DNA of 64,000 bases, taken from assembly GCF_009914755.1 (NCBI RefSeq), contig NC_060930.1. One strand, written 5' to 3'. The stretch is from the human T2T-CHM13v2.0 reference genome, Homo sapiens. Position numbers and translations under genes: made by a program. Below the pieces are notes generated by a model. That model made no database searches, was not told the origin of the DNA, and saw nothing but the letters and a program-made list of their open reading frames with translations. This document shows positions 1-14,629 of this stretch, in pieces (positions within the stretch are counted from its first letter, which is position 1; the number at the start of each line of letters is the position of its first letter).

Positions 1-538
1 CAGTATGATGTTTCTTTCTCTGATTTACTGCTTTTTCTCTTTTAGAGGATATTGTAGGAGAAAAACATTTGTTAAGCAATTTCCAGAACTACTAGGTTCT
101 AATAAGACCAATAGGCTAATAATTCATTTCATTGCAACTGGAGTGTGTACTTTTCCTTTATTCTCAGTCATAATTTTTTAAAAGAGCCAAGAACACCAAA
201 TCATCAAATCTAATGTTGAACATGTAGTAACTTTTATTTGCTGATCATACTCTGAGATTCACCATAACGAATAAATCATAAGTATTAAAATTTCAGCTTT
301 TTAACATACCCACTACACTGCTAGCCTGGTAACACAGTCACCAACTACACAGCTTCTTCAACTGTTGACGTGCTTTAAAGCTAGGATTATGGTATCCTGC
401 CAAAAAGATCCTACAAACTGTCACTATTTTGGTTTGTCCTGCCAGCCATTGAGAAGTAGACAATTTCTATATACACAAACCAGTTTGGAAAATTTATGCA
501 AATAGGAAGTTATTCTCAAAATGGGTTATTTGATTGCA

Positions 539-835
<297 letters not shown>

Positions 836-2148
836 TGATTGTGTTTTAATGTATTGGCTCCCAACCAGTAGCAACAGTTTGGGTGCACAGATATTGCCGT
901 AGTGTTTCTATTCAATGTGTCAAATTATTTAGGTAAAAGTTTGGCTTAACTTTGTTGACATGGAATTTCTATATCCTCCAGTTTCTGGTTTAACTGGTTT
1001 ATGTGGAAATGAATGGAAACACATGGTTAAGTTCCCCAGCCTCCAGCTTCTCTCTTCCTCTTACCTATATTTGTACTTGCCCACTTTTCCTCTTGTGGGC
1101 CTGTTCCTAGAATCCATTATGTTCTGTGGGTGACATCAGCCTGCTACTGCGGGAAGAAATAGAATTTTATGGTGCCCAAGATAAAATCGACTATGATGAT
1201 GCAGAATGAAGACCTGGAGAGGAGTCAGAGATTGCAGGGGATAAAAAGAGAGAAATCAGAGATGCTCCCACAAACAGAGAAAACCTTCAGAAGCAGCAGG
1301 AAGGACAGAGTAAATGGAGAACAAAAACTCAAGTCAAAATAGTCAATGGAAATAAACAGTTTTGAATTCCAGTTATAATTTGGAAAAGAAGCAAACGTTT
1401 ATTTTAAATTAAGAAAAAAGTCGCTTATAATTTCCTGAAGTTTAGAAAAGTGAAAAATAGTTAAACCTCCTGTTGTTAGCTAAGAAGTGTCTATTATTAT
1501 AAGTTTGTCGCTGGAGAGAACATAAAAATCTCTATCTATTGCTATTTTTTTTTTTTTTTGCATAAGGGATAGATAAAAGAGTGTTTATTTTATTTAGCCT
1601 TTGGCCTGTAAAGTAAGATTTATGAAACAAAGGACAATCGGAAATGATAAGAATTTTTTCCTAATTTCTAATTATTTAGCTAAACCTTGATTGATTTCTC
1701 TCAGGCTAGTGCCCATATTACAGCAGCAGTCAGCCTTCATTTATCTTACCTGGGACCACTGCTAAATCCGATGTCACTTTTCAGTTTTTATATTATGTGA
1801 CCATTTAGCCACATTTCACCTACTTGATCATTCCCTCCATCTTGAGACCTCCCTCGACCCGGCTTCCAACATACTTTGCCCTCCTGGTTTTTCTTTCTCT
1901 GTTGGCTCACTTTCTCAGTCTCCTCTGCTGGTTGCTCCATTTTTCCACAATCTCTCAAAACTGGTGCTCCTCAGATTAAGTCCTTGGACTTCTCTCCTTA
2001 GATTGACATCTGGAGTCATGGCTTCAAACACCACCTATCACTCCCTTTCTCCTTGAACTCTAGACGTGTCCATCCAACTGCTACGTGACATCTCCACTGG
2101 GATTTCTAAGAACTTTGCCAAACTTAACATGTCTAAAACCAAATTCTG

Positions 2149-2494
2149 GGCTGGGGGTGGTGGCTCACGCCTGTAATCCCAGCACTTTAGGAGGCTGAGG
2201 TGGGCAGACTACTTGAGCCCAGGAGTTCGAGACCAGTCTGGCCAATAGAGAAAAGCTGTCTCTACAAAAAATACAACACTTAGCTGGACGTGATGGTGCA
2301 TGCCTGTAGTCCCAGTTACTGGGGAGGCTGAGGCGGGAGGATTGCTTGAGCCTGAGAAGTTGATTCTGCAGTAAGCTATGATTACACCACTACATTCCAG
2401 CCTGGGTGACAGAGTGAGACCCTGCCTCAAAAAAAAAAAACAAAAACCAAAACCAAAACCAAAAAAAAAAAGCAAAGAGCAAAACACAAAAAAC
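2149..2494 (+). mobile_element. AluJ with (CAAAA)n tail
   Basis: Alu dimer with J-type TTGAGCCCAGGAG motifs. Confidence 0.92.
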
Positions 2495-2844
2495 ATATTC
2501 CAAATCTCCCCTTTAAACCTCCTCTTCTTACAATGAGTCCTATCTTGATTTATGGCAGATCCTTCCTTCCAGTTCTCAAGCCAAACACCATGGGGTCATT
2601 CTTGACTCCTCTCTTCCATGGGCTCATCTAAACATCAGAGTATCCTGTTGGCTATCTGGAATTTAACCACTTCCTATCACTGCCATTGCTACCCACCTGC
2701 TCTTAGTTATCACCAGAGTTCCCTGGAGTGTTGGAGCCGCCGCAGAGCTGGTTTCCCTGCTCCTGCCTTTCCTGCCCATGCTCTGTCCTGCCAGTCAGCT
2801 CTGTCCTTTAAAAATGGAAATCAGGTTACCTCATGACTCTTTTC

Positions 2845-3149
2845 TTTCTTTTTCTTTTCTTTTTTTTTTTACAGAATCTTGCTCTGTCATCCAGCCTGGA
2901 GAGCAGTGGCATGATCTCTACTCACTGCAACTTCCGCCTCCCAGATTCAAGTGATTCTCCTGTCTCAGCCTCTTAAGTAGCTGGGATTATAGGTGCCAGC
3001 CACCATGCCCAGCTACTTTTTGTATTTTTAGTAGCGAAGGGGTTTCGCCATGTTGGCCAGGCTGGTCTTGAACTCCTGACCTCAGGTGATCTGCCCGCTT
3101 CAGCCTCCCGAAGTGCTGGGATTACAGGTGTGAGCCACCGCGCCCAGCC
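2845..3149 (-). mobile_element. AluS
   Basis: Reverse-complement Alu; TSD ATGACTCTTTTC at 2833-2844 and 3150-3161. Confidence 0.95.
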
Positions 3150-3350
3150 ATGACTCTTTTCAAAAACTCCCCATCTTCTCCACTTCCATTCAGTAACAGT
3201 CAGATCTGCATGGCCCCCTCCTGACCTTCTGATGTCATGTTCTTTGCTACCCCTTGAGTGCATTGAACATGCCTCTGACCCAGAACTTTTCTGTTTGCTA
3301 TTTCCTCAAGTGCATATCTTGTTCCTTCATTTTCTTCAGGTGATTATTAA

Positions 3351-3781
<431 letters not shown>

Positions 3782-3922
3782 TAAGCTCTATGAGGGTAGA
3801 CTTCTTTGTTTTGTCCAATGCTCTATTTCCAATATTTATAACCGTACTGGCCGGTAGGTACTGTCAATTATAGTTTTTGAATAAATTGAGAGTAACAAAT
3901 TCTAACTGGTGAAAATAAATTA

Positions 3923-4262
<340 letters not shown>

Positions 4263-5696
4263 TCATTTCTTGATTGGAGGAGGAGAGAAAAATGTGTATG
4301 TGTGAGGGTACAGAGAGAGTTCCTTTGCATTAGTGAGGGTTCACATCAGAACTGTCTAACCTCCCTACTCAGTGGGTCCTGTTACCTCTCTCCTGAATCC
4401 AATAATACTCTGGTGCACACCTTTTACTGGTACTGAGGCTATTTTAACGTTCCATTAAAAAAAAAAGAAAACATTTAAAATACAAAAACAAGGCTGTACT
4501 ACTTTAACTCTGACCTTAGAAGACTCTCAGTTTTATAACTGTTTAGAGAAAATGTGGAAATGTTTGCTGGCCCCAATCTTTTTATTACTCATCTCTATAA
4601 AGAGGCTTTTAAGGACATATTAAAAAGTTTCCATCTCTCTTGTCTCTTGCCTTTCTTCTCATCTTCCTTTCTTGTACCCCAAATGGCTGAAAGCAAGACC
4701 CTGAGAGTCTGGAAGAAATATATTCTGGTCAGAGCAGACTGAGCTGGAGCTGGCCTAGAACCTTGGATCCTGACCTCAGAATTGCTGCTCAAATTACTGC
4801 TCTCTGAAAGAGTGAGCTCATGCATGTTTATTATTACTGTGAACAAATTTAGCTGTTGTTTCACCCAAACATTGAAGTTCTCGCTTGGACCCCTTTGCTT
4901 GTTTGTGCTTTTGCAAATGTGTTTTCTCATGTGCTACTAGAACCAAGATGAAAGCTTCAGTTCTCAGAACAGGTGCCACGACCGAGGAGACAAAACAAGA
5001 GCTATAGAGGGGTGTGGTGTGTGAAACTGAGAAAGCAGGTAGTTTTTCAGAAAAACTGAGAGCCAGGAATGACTTCATCCATTTCCTGTAATAAGGCAAT
5101 GGTCTGACCTTGAGGAACCTATTAGAGTGTGCTTCTAAACAGAGGCCATTTCGAGGCTGAATGTACGGGAGTATTTACCTTTGACTGTTTTCTGAAGCAA
5201 GGTATTTTATAAACTGTAAAGTGGCTTATACAATTTTAGGAATGGAAAGTTTTGCAAAGTCTCCAAAATCCCTGGGAGTTTTGAATGTGCAGGCCATATG
5301 AATTCTTTGTAGTTTCATGGTCTTGCTGTTCAGCATTCTTTAGAGTCACCTGCATGGTAGAAGTTTAGTAGGAATTTGGGTAGTTATGGGCTGGTTTCTT
5401 TGTTTTCCCAAATAGAGGTAGCAAAATGGATGCTAAGAAGCAAATTACTTTTACTATTTTAGATGCCTCTGGGGACATCCTGTCATAATGCAACTTAAAA
5501 TATACTCGTCTCCTCAGTTCCTTTTTATGTATTTATTTAATAGTCTTCAACCAATTTGTTCTTCATTAGCTGTTCTACAATACTTCAAGAGAAGTCATGA
5601 TAATGATGCATTTAGGATCAGAAAAATATAGCATGTGTGAGTTCCTGGGGACTTTAGAGAATATCTAGCCCAGTCTTTCATTTTATAGAAGAGGAA

Positions 5697-5997
5697 GGCC
5701 AGGGATGGTGGCTCATGCCTGTAATCCCAGCACTTTGGGAGGCCAAAGTGGGCGGATCACCTGAGGTCAGGAGTTCGAGACCAGCCTGGCCAACATGGTG
5801 AAACCGCATCTCTACTAAAACTACAAAAATTAGGCAGGCCTGGTGGTGGGTGCCTGTAATCCCAGCTACTCAGGAGGCTGAGGCAGGAGAATTGCTTGAA
5901 CCAGGCAGAGGTTGCAGTGAGCCAATATCATGCCACTGCACTCCAGCCTGGGCAACAGAGTGAGACTCTGTCTCAAATTAAAAAAAAAAAAAAAAAG
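5697..5997 (+). mobile_element. AluSx-like
   Basis: Full dimer with poly-A tail. Confidence 0.95.
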
Positions 5998-6213
5998 AAG
6001 AAGGAGAGGAAGCTGGGGGTGAGGACAGGCAGTGACTCACCCAGGGTCTCACACTGATTTGCTGGCAGAGTTAAGCATGAAAAGGTGCCTCTCCTAGTCT
6101 CTTTCCAGTGTTCTTGTCATCACAATGAGTTAAAATAAAAATTACTAGCAACTTGGGAGTAATAACAATAAACTTCTCAAAATCTACTACATGGTCTAGA
6201 AAACCAAACATAA

Positions 6214-6598
<385 letters not shown>

Positions 6599-6610
6599 TT
6601 AGAGGCTCTT

Positions 6611-6769
6611 CATTGGGAGATATACTTAATGCTAGATGACGAGTTAGTGGGTGCAGCGCACCAGCATGGCACATGTATACATATGTAACTAACCTGCACA
6701 TTGTGCACATGTACCCTAAAACTTAAAGTATAATAATAATAATAATAAAAAAAGAATAACAGGAAAAAT
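6611..6769 (+). mobile_element. Extremely 5'-truncated young L1PA 3' end
   Basis: CATTGGGAGATATACTTAATGCTAGATGACGAGTTAGTGGGTGCAGCGCACC...ACTTAAAGTATAATAA; TSD AATTAGAGGCTCTT at 6597-6610 and 6770-6783. Confidence 0.92.
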
Positions 6770-7083
6770 AATTAGAGGCTCTTTACTGTATTTAAGGTGT
6801 TCAAATAATTGAAGCTAGGTTAGTATCTCCTTAGCCTTCCCCAGCATGCCCTGCAGCTTTGACGCTGCAGAACACCAGTTGGTGGCTGATATTTAGATGA
6901 TGGAAATCTTGGACACATTTTCATTTTTGATAAAATGACATGGCACTATGGTTACATTTTACAAATATTTTTGCGGATGTATATCAGGTGGCATACCCAA
7001 GAAGGAACAGACCTTCCTCAGGGGTCCTTCTTAGGAAAGTACAGCTTTGCTTCTCTGATCATCAGAATTGGATCCTTCAGGTA

Positions 7084-7133
7084 TTAGGTTGGCGCAAAAG
7101 TAACTGCGGTTTTTGCCATTCAAAGTAATGGCA
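7084..7133. mobile_element. MADE1 (Hsmar1-derived MITE), partial
   Basis: TTAGGTTGGCGCAAAAGTAACTGCGGTTTTTGCCATT, a mariner TIR. Confidence 0.85.
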
Positions 7134-8714
7134 CCTGAAAGGGTTGGTAAAATTCAGAATATTATAAAATCAGTAAAAGCTTAATCAAATTTGCCTAAAT
7201 CTATCCTACAGATTAGTCTATGCATGGTTTATTAAACAACCTAACTGAAACACACATGCATATGTGTGAGTAAGCTGACATCAGGGATCACCTTATCATG
7301 GAAAATCTAGGGAAGGTTGGCTCAATCTTCAATTTGTGAAGACCAATTCCCCTACCACGTCCATATATACATATTCCCAGGAGACTTGTTTCTTCAGGGC
7401 TCTCTTTGGTTCTCAGCTCTTCCTTTCTGAATTAGTGGGTCACTTTAACCTCCCTTGGGTCACAGTCGTGTTCCACACTGGGTGGGTCCAGAGGTAGAAC
7501 TCATTGCCTTTCTTTGAATCCCACACAAGACCACCCAACAAGGCATTGTAGTTGGTGGAAAACTCCATTGAAGAAAGGGTCTATATTGCAACAAACAAGC
7601 ATCTAGAAATAGAATATTAAATATCCCTCCTCTTAAAAATCCATTGTCCAATTCAGACTTCAGCATAATGTAATCTTCTGTCTTCTTTTCTCTGTGTTTC
7701 CATCTTGAGAGCCATCCTATTATCTGTGTCCTTTCTTTGTTGTCTTAGGAAGAATATTTTGGCTTATCCTTTGTTTTGTTCTCTCCTTCCCGGACCTATT
7801 ATGGTAAATGTGGAATTTGCAGATAGGCTTATTTGCGCTCCCCAGCCTGCTCCCTTAATGCTCTCTGGTAAGACACTTCTTTGAGTCCTCCGAGGCGAGT
7901 TGCTGCCCCCCAGCACCTGCTCTTCCCCATCGCAACCCATGACAGTAAACGCACTGCACATACTTATCCCACAGACTGCTGTGAGAACTAGATGGAGGCT
8001 ATGTGTGAAGCTGCAAGCTCTTGGTAAAGTGCTACAGAAATTGGTAGACACTGTTACTATGATAAGATGTTCAGAAAATAATGGATCGATTAAAGTTTCA
8101 CTTATCTATTAAAAGATAAAAAACTCTATGATTGAGACCTTTTTGGAATATTGGAAAATATTTTTGTGTGCTTATTAGCATACTGATATGTTTCAGTACA
8201 CATTTCATGGATTTATGGCTAAGGATGTTACTTTCAAGAAGGTAACTATACATCGCTCTCTACTAGCATGCTGTTCTGTTCCTGAGAAATAGTGGCTGGG
8301 CGAAGGGTATGCAAACATTTCTTAATATCTCATCCAATACCATTTTCCCACTACTAATTATTCAACACATGGAAATGTAGGTCAAAGCATTAAAAAAAAA
8401 AACTAGAACAGCAATACCTTGGTGGTTGGCAGGTGTTTATTTAAAATATTTATGTTTTAGCCTTATTTTTTAATACTTCTTTTTCATATATATTAGATAT
8501 TTAACTAAAGAAAATAATAATCATTCTCATGGAATACTTTAAAATAGTAGAAACAATCATGAATAGAAATGAAGATTTAGGCCTATACTACCCTAGGCTC
8601 TGTCATTCTTATTCCTAACCATTTGCATAGGAAATTTAGATTCACCCACTTCTCTTTCTTAGAATAAGATTCACAGGTTTTTGGGCATATTCCCATTGCA
8701 TGCCTGACTGGGGA

Positions 8715-8910
8715 GGTGTTCAAATCCCTGCTTTTCTACTCCTCAGCCCTGTGACCCTGAGCAATTTCTGTGGCTTGGTTTCCTCATCTGTAAAATAGGA
8801 TATTAATAGAACATATCCCTTTAACGTTGCAGTGATCACATTAATTAGTTGATGCAAAACAGTCCATCTAGAACAGTAAGCCCTCAATAAATGCTAGCTA
8901 TCATTATCAT
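8715..8910 (+). mobile_element. MIR
   Basis: GTTCAAATCCC...TGTGACCCTGAGCAA...TTTCCTCATCTGTAAAATAGG core. Confidence 0.75.
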
Positions 8911-9007
8911 TTCATAGCCAGCCCCACCATGGATGGGTCATGTGACCTGAAGCAAATTTAAATTCTCTGGATTTCAGTTATCTCTCATTGAAGGAATTAG
9001 GCTCCAT

Positions 9008-9358
9008 CAGTGGTTCTCAAACTCAAGTGAGTATCAGAATCACAGGGAGGGTGTGTTATGACACTGAAGGCCGGGCCCCACCCTCAGAATTTCTTATTCA
9101 GTAGATCCAGGAGGGAGTGCAATAATTTGTATTTCTAAAAAGCTCCCAAGTGAAGTTGATGGCTGATCTGGAGACACACCTTGAAATTCTTCTGCTTACT
9201 CTAAACAAAACGTGCTTTTTTATCTTGAGTGCACATCAGAACCCTCTGGGGAGGTTAAAAGTCCCAGTGAAATCACAACCTCTGCAGATGGTAACCAGAT
9301 CTTAGTGGCTTTTAAAGTTCTCCAGGTGCTTCCATTGAGCAGCTAAGGTTGACAACAC
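9008..9358. mobile_element. MER5-family (hAT-Charlie) relics
   Basis: CAGTGGTTCTCAAACT...GGGCCCCACCCTCAGAATTTCTTATTCAGTAG, plus a second degraded copy. Confidence 0.7.
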
Positions 9359-9900
9359 TTCTAACACCGCTTTCAGGTGAAAAAGAACTATCATTCTAAC
9401 TTAAATGAAGGAGAAAATGAATTCATCATTCTGACACCGTTATCTATTCTTTCATGCATGGGCTTATCCTATGAGAAATAAACATTTACTAAGGTGTATG
9501 CATGTTTTTAGAACATCCATTGGGAAGCATGTTGTACAGCTTGTAGTAAAACAGCATGGTGCATGCTGAAACTGTTATAGGCTTTGCAAGTTATTTTTTA
9601 TAAATTAGTTTTGCTGGTGTGCTGTTTGATTATTGGAGAGTGGTGTGAACATGTTTCTATGCATCCCAGGGGGTTGCTGTCACCTTTAAGGGGCCTCTTT
9701 AAATCCCAGCTCTTTCATTTACAAATTCTATGACCTTGGATGAGTTTCTTCACTTTTCTGTGCCACAAGTTCTCAGTAAAATGGAGATAATTATAGAACT
9801 TACTTCATAGAGCTTTGAGAATCATACAGGTAAAGTTATTTTACGTAATTAGCACTCAAAAGTGACCATTAATAATCTAACGTTTTAAAATATATTAATA

Positions 9901-10180
9901 GGCCAGATGCAGTGGCTCACACCTGTAATTTCAGCACTTTGGGAGGCTGAAGTGGGTGGATCACTTGAGGTCAGGGGTTCAAAGCCAGCCTGGCCAACAT
10001 GGCGAAACTCCGTCCCTACTAAAACTGTAAAAATTAGCTGGGCATAGTGGCGTGTGTCTGTAGTCCCAGCTATTCAGGAGGCTGAGGCAGGAAAATCGCA
10101 GTGAGCCGAGATCACGCCACTGCACTCTAGCCTGGGTGACAGAGTGGGACTCCATCTCAAAAACAAACAAACAAACAAAA
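9901..10180 (+). mobile_element. AluS with right-arm deletion
   Basis: GGAAAATCGC joined directly to AGTGAGCCGAG; (AAAC)n tail. Confidence 0.93.
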
Positions 10181-11325
10181 ATTAATAGTTTAAATATTTT
10201 TAATATATTTCAATATATAAAGATGTAATTTTTATTTTAAATATATTAAAATAGATAAGTTTAAAATACATAAAGTAAATATATAAAATTAATATGTTAA
10301 AATGTTTACTGAAAGTTTACATTTTTCTCTGTATTGCTAAGAGCAATTTATTGCCTTATATGTTGTGTAATATCTAGAAAACACACCTATGTAATTTCCA
10401 AATTATAACCACCTTGGCTCCTGGACAAGTAGGACTGTGTCTGATTTTTTTTTTTGCATCCTTGTCACTACCTGCCACTCTGAGATCACTTGTTGTCTTT
10501 CCATATATAATCACCTCTAGGTACACTTCTTTCATTATTTCTACGCATCCTCTCCACTTTGCTGCATTCTTGTGTGCATTCTTTTCTCCCACGTTGGAAA
10601 GAAATATGCATATTGAGCGATTCCAACCCCCAAAGGCAAAAATTACTAGCCAGTGTTGAAAATGAAAGCAAGGAATTTTTTGGTTATTGTTGCTGTAACT
10701 TTTTGATGTGCGTACATATGTGCGTCTTTTTTTTCCCCCTAGGGGTGGAATGGGGTGGTGTTAGTCAGGGATTACTGACAGGACGGTGTTCCCTACTGTG
10801 TTGGAGAGACTAAGACTGGGGAAAGATTCTCCAAGGCTGGGAAATGCAGACGTCCAGTCTTGGAAAACAGTTTGTCGTTGGTCGTTATGTCAGAAGAGGA
10901 GTGTATTCCTGGAAGAAGGCCCACAAAATATACCCAGAGCCCAGGCGCCTTTCTAAGACGAATCAACATTCACTCACAAGTTCAGCTAATATATGACAGA
11001 AATACAAGAATGAACAAGACTCCTGACTTAAGCTTACAGCTGATGGGAAACTTGGGGACTGGACAGAGAATTAAAATACAACGTGGTTAGGTACAACTTA
11101 CCTGCGCCAGAGGAGTGACGGAAGGCCTTGGACGGGGAGTGATGCCTGGAGGATGACAGGGCGACAGGTAAGTTAGGGGGCTGGGAAGGGGAAGGGCGGC
11201 CCTGTGGGTAAAGGGAAGGAGGTTAAAGTCAGCAGGGAAACAGGCAGTTCCCTGTTGCTGGAGCAAAGCGCGGGGGTGTGGCTCTCCTGTCTCTGGCTTT
11301 GCTGTCAACAGGCGAGATTGGCAAG

Positions 11326-11440
11326 TAGGGCGACCAACCGGCCTGGTTTGCTCGGGACTGGGGTTTCCTGGAAGGTGGGACTTTCAATGCTAAAACTGGG
11401 ACAGTCCTGGGCAAACAAATCAGTACGGTTGGCCACCCTA
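11326..11440. mobile_element. MER81-like hAT-Blackjack MITE
   Basis: TIRs TAGGGCGACCAACC...GGTTGGCCACCCTA; 115 bp. Confidence 0.8.
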
Positions 11441-12129
11441 TCTTTGTGTGGGCATCTGCTAACTGAGTCATGGGCCTGTCTGGTTTATTTATTTATTTTT
11501 TTTCTGCCTGAGTAACAGAAGAATGTGTTAAACATATGGAGTATGGAAGAAGAAGGAGAGGGGAGATAGGATTTTTATGTTATAGATTGGAAGAAGACAT
11601 TCTTGATGAAGGAGATGTTTTTACTTTGGAGAAGGACTGCCTCAGCCGCGAAAGACCAAGGGGTGGCACCACAGGGAGAAGTCTGCACTGCGCTTGTCAG
11701 GACGGCCAGTGGGGGGCTGCTGAGCGCAGGGAGTCAGTCCTCGCAATGAAGATATAGTCTCGGGGAGATAATGCTGGAAATCGATGGAAGAAGTGGAACA
11801 GGACACAAATTTAGTGGAATTTCTTTACAATGTGTGCTTCTTGTCACCAGTTCGTTAACCATGATAAAAACGGTTATGTTGTTACATTCATCAAGATCCA
11901 AATTTTCTACCATTTTAAGATGTCTATCAGTCACAATGATGATCACTGAAGACCGAACGAGATCATTTCCTCTAAAAATTATGTTACATTTATCCATAAT
12001 GGCATCAGTGTCTGTTACACGTTTGCTTTAATTTTGAGGTCAAATACGACATTTGTAAATCTAGCACTTCATGTGATTCTGTAAGCACTAAACAGCTAAA
12101 CATATTTACTTCTTTTTTTTGAATCAATT

Positions 12130-12686
12130 AGAACAGTGCTGTACAATAGAAAAATAGAACAGTGCTGTACAATGGAAACAGTGCTGTACAACAGAAATCT
12201 GTCAGCCACACGTGTCGTTTAAACTTTTCTAGTAATCACATTAAAATTGTAAAAAGAAGCCAATAAAAGTAATTTTAATAATATATTTTGTTTGACATAA
12301 TATAGCTAAATATCAATTTTGACATGTTCTAAATATAACAATTATTAATGAAAAATATTACATTCTTTTGGCTTTGTACTAAACATTTGAAATGTGGTGT
12401 ACGTTTTTCACTTATAGCACACGCAATTCAGATGCTACATTTTTATTAGGAATATTTAATCTGTAGATAGATATCGTAAAATTTACATTTGAAAAAAATA
12501 GATTCAGACACCTAAGTTGTTACAAGCATACTTAAAAGTTTTCAATGACTGAATTGAGTATCAGTTTTAAAATTTAAATCAATGAAATTAATTAAAATGA
12601 AATGAAAATTTAGAAACTATTCCTCAGTCACGCTGGCTACATTTCAAGTGCTTCATAGCCACATGAAAGCTGTATTGGACAGCAAA
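12130..12686. mobile_element. MER33/Charlie5-like hAT relic
   Basis: Ends CAGTGCTGTACAA... and ...GTATTGGACAGC; internal CTACATTTCAAGTGCTTCATAGCCACATG. Confidence 0.7.
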
Positions 12687-13592
12687 GAAGTAGAATATAT
12701 TTGGAATAAAAATTTTAAAGTGGACACATTGTGTTACTCTCGTTAGCCATGCTATTGCTATTTTTTTTCCTATAGCTAATTAAAACCTTAAGATCCAGTA
12801 GGTTCTCCACCTTTTTTTAAAGCATTAGTTCCATGTCGACCCTGTAGATGGCAGCACTTTCTTCCTAAAACTACATGGAGGAGTTGCCTGGGCTTGTCAC
12901 TCAGATTCTGGCACTTTTCATAGAAAGAGTCTGAATTATCTGGAAAATTCTTTGGTAACATAGGTCAGAATCTTTTCAGCTCTATTGTTATTCTGCACAG
13001 ATGGCTGTTGCTTATGAAAACAATCTCTCAGCCTCTAGTCCAGGATATTACTCATTCCTCAGTTCAAGAAACTCTAGGGTGAGAGGAGAAAGGGGTTCAA
13101 TTACAGAACTGTTATCAAAATGCGTTGGTTTATGCACATCCGTGTTTTGGACATGGTGATTCCAAGAGACTCTTAATAAAACTTTTCAAAGTAGATGAGA
13201 GACAGTTTTTCCCTCACATGCTGTGGCAATATTAATCTATGTTTTCATGTTCCACTGGACTTTGTAATTGAATTTTAAGGAATGCATACAGGGCTTCATA
13301 TTTATATATAAAATATCCATATCCAGTGTTGAAAGAAATTAACAATAAAATATGTACCTGTATAAAATTTGTGATTTTTGAAGCACCCCTCTCTTCCTCT
13401 TCGCATTGCATTTGTGGTAGGAGAACATGAGACAAGGAACGAGGTACTAAGGACAAAGAAGGAGCGATTCAGAGGTGGATTTCCTGAAGACCAACAACAT
13501 TTTTGCATAGCTCGTGAGGACTCTCTGATACTAAACTCCAATAAATGATGGTTTGGTGTTTTGATTGCTTTTGATTGACATTTAAAAATTAC

Positions 13593-13741
13593 AGGAGACT
13601 GAGATAGGAGGATTGCTTGAGCCTGGGAAGCGGAGGTTGCAGTGAGCCAAGATTGCACCACTGCACTCCAACCTGGGTGATCGAGTGAGACCCCATTTCA
13701 AAACAAACAAAAAAATAAAAAATAAAAAAAAACAAATAAAA
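13593..13741 (+). mobile_element. Alu right-arm fragment
   Basis: GGAGGATTGCTTGAGCCTGGG...GAGACCCCATTTCAAAA plus A-rich tail. Confidence 0.9.
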
Positions 13742-14629
13742 ATCACACGCCTCTTTTTTTCACTCAATCTGTTTTCCAAATAAAATATCAAGATTCTATT
13801 TGAATTTTAATAATGATTTTGCTGAGTTTTATAGCTTGAATACTATGGCAAGTATAATGTCTAAAATGCTGTGATTTTGACTTAAGAAAAAATTTACAGT
13901 TTTCTTAATATACTCTTTAGTTCTTTTAAACTCTAATACATGAAATGGATTGCTAATGAGGGTAGGAAGGGGGAAAGACTGGGGAGAAAAATAGCTAACT
14001 TTTCTAGCGATAGATACATGTCAGAAGCTGTAGTAGGTTCTTTTGCATGTGTTTACTTACATTACCTTCTGTAATCTGCATTGCAATTTTTTCATAGACA
14101 AGGAAACCTAGACTTAGAGAAGTACAATACCTGTCATCTCGTAAATGACAGATATAGTTGAGCAAATCTACTGAAATGGTTTAGCTTCTTATCTTTCCAG
14201 ACAACAGATAAGGACTTATTCTATATGAAGACATCTGAGAAATGAAAATATGGTTTCAGGTTCATAGAATCTTTTACACCACGTATTTCTGGTTCTCTTT
14301 CTTCTATTCAGATCATTCTTTCATCTGTTTCTTTTGTCTTCTTTTCCAAAATGTAGCAATTGCCCCAAATTCAGTACTTGTCTCTCTTCTTAACAATCAC
14401 ATCCAATCCCATGGCCTCAACCATCTTCCCTTGCATATAATTTCCACATTTACAACTTTATTCTCTTGATTACTCAGGATAAGATAATTGCTGAACAAAT
14501 AACAGCATATATCTCAGCTTAAGAGAGTAAAAGTTTATTTTTCTCTCATGCAAATTCTATTGCAGATATTCCCCACCTCCTTCCCTAGGTTGTCCTCAAA
14601 ATGCAGTGACTCAGGGAACTCCTCTTTCT

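Noticed and set aside
2875-2992. Strong acceptor in an antisense Alu (poly-T ACAG)
   Set aside because: The matching donor TAG|GTGCCA is weak; insufficient support for an exon.
8935-8948. GGGTCA-TG-TGACCT resembling an ERE
   Set aside because: Spacer is 2 nt, not the 3 nt of a canonical ERE, and it lies in MIR-like sequence.
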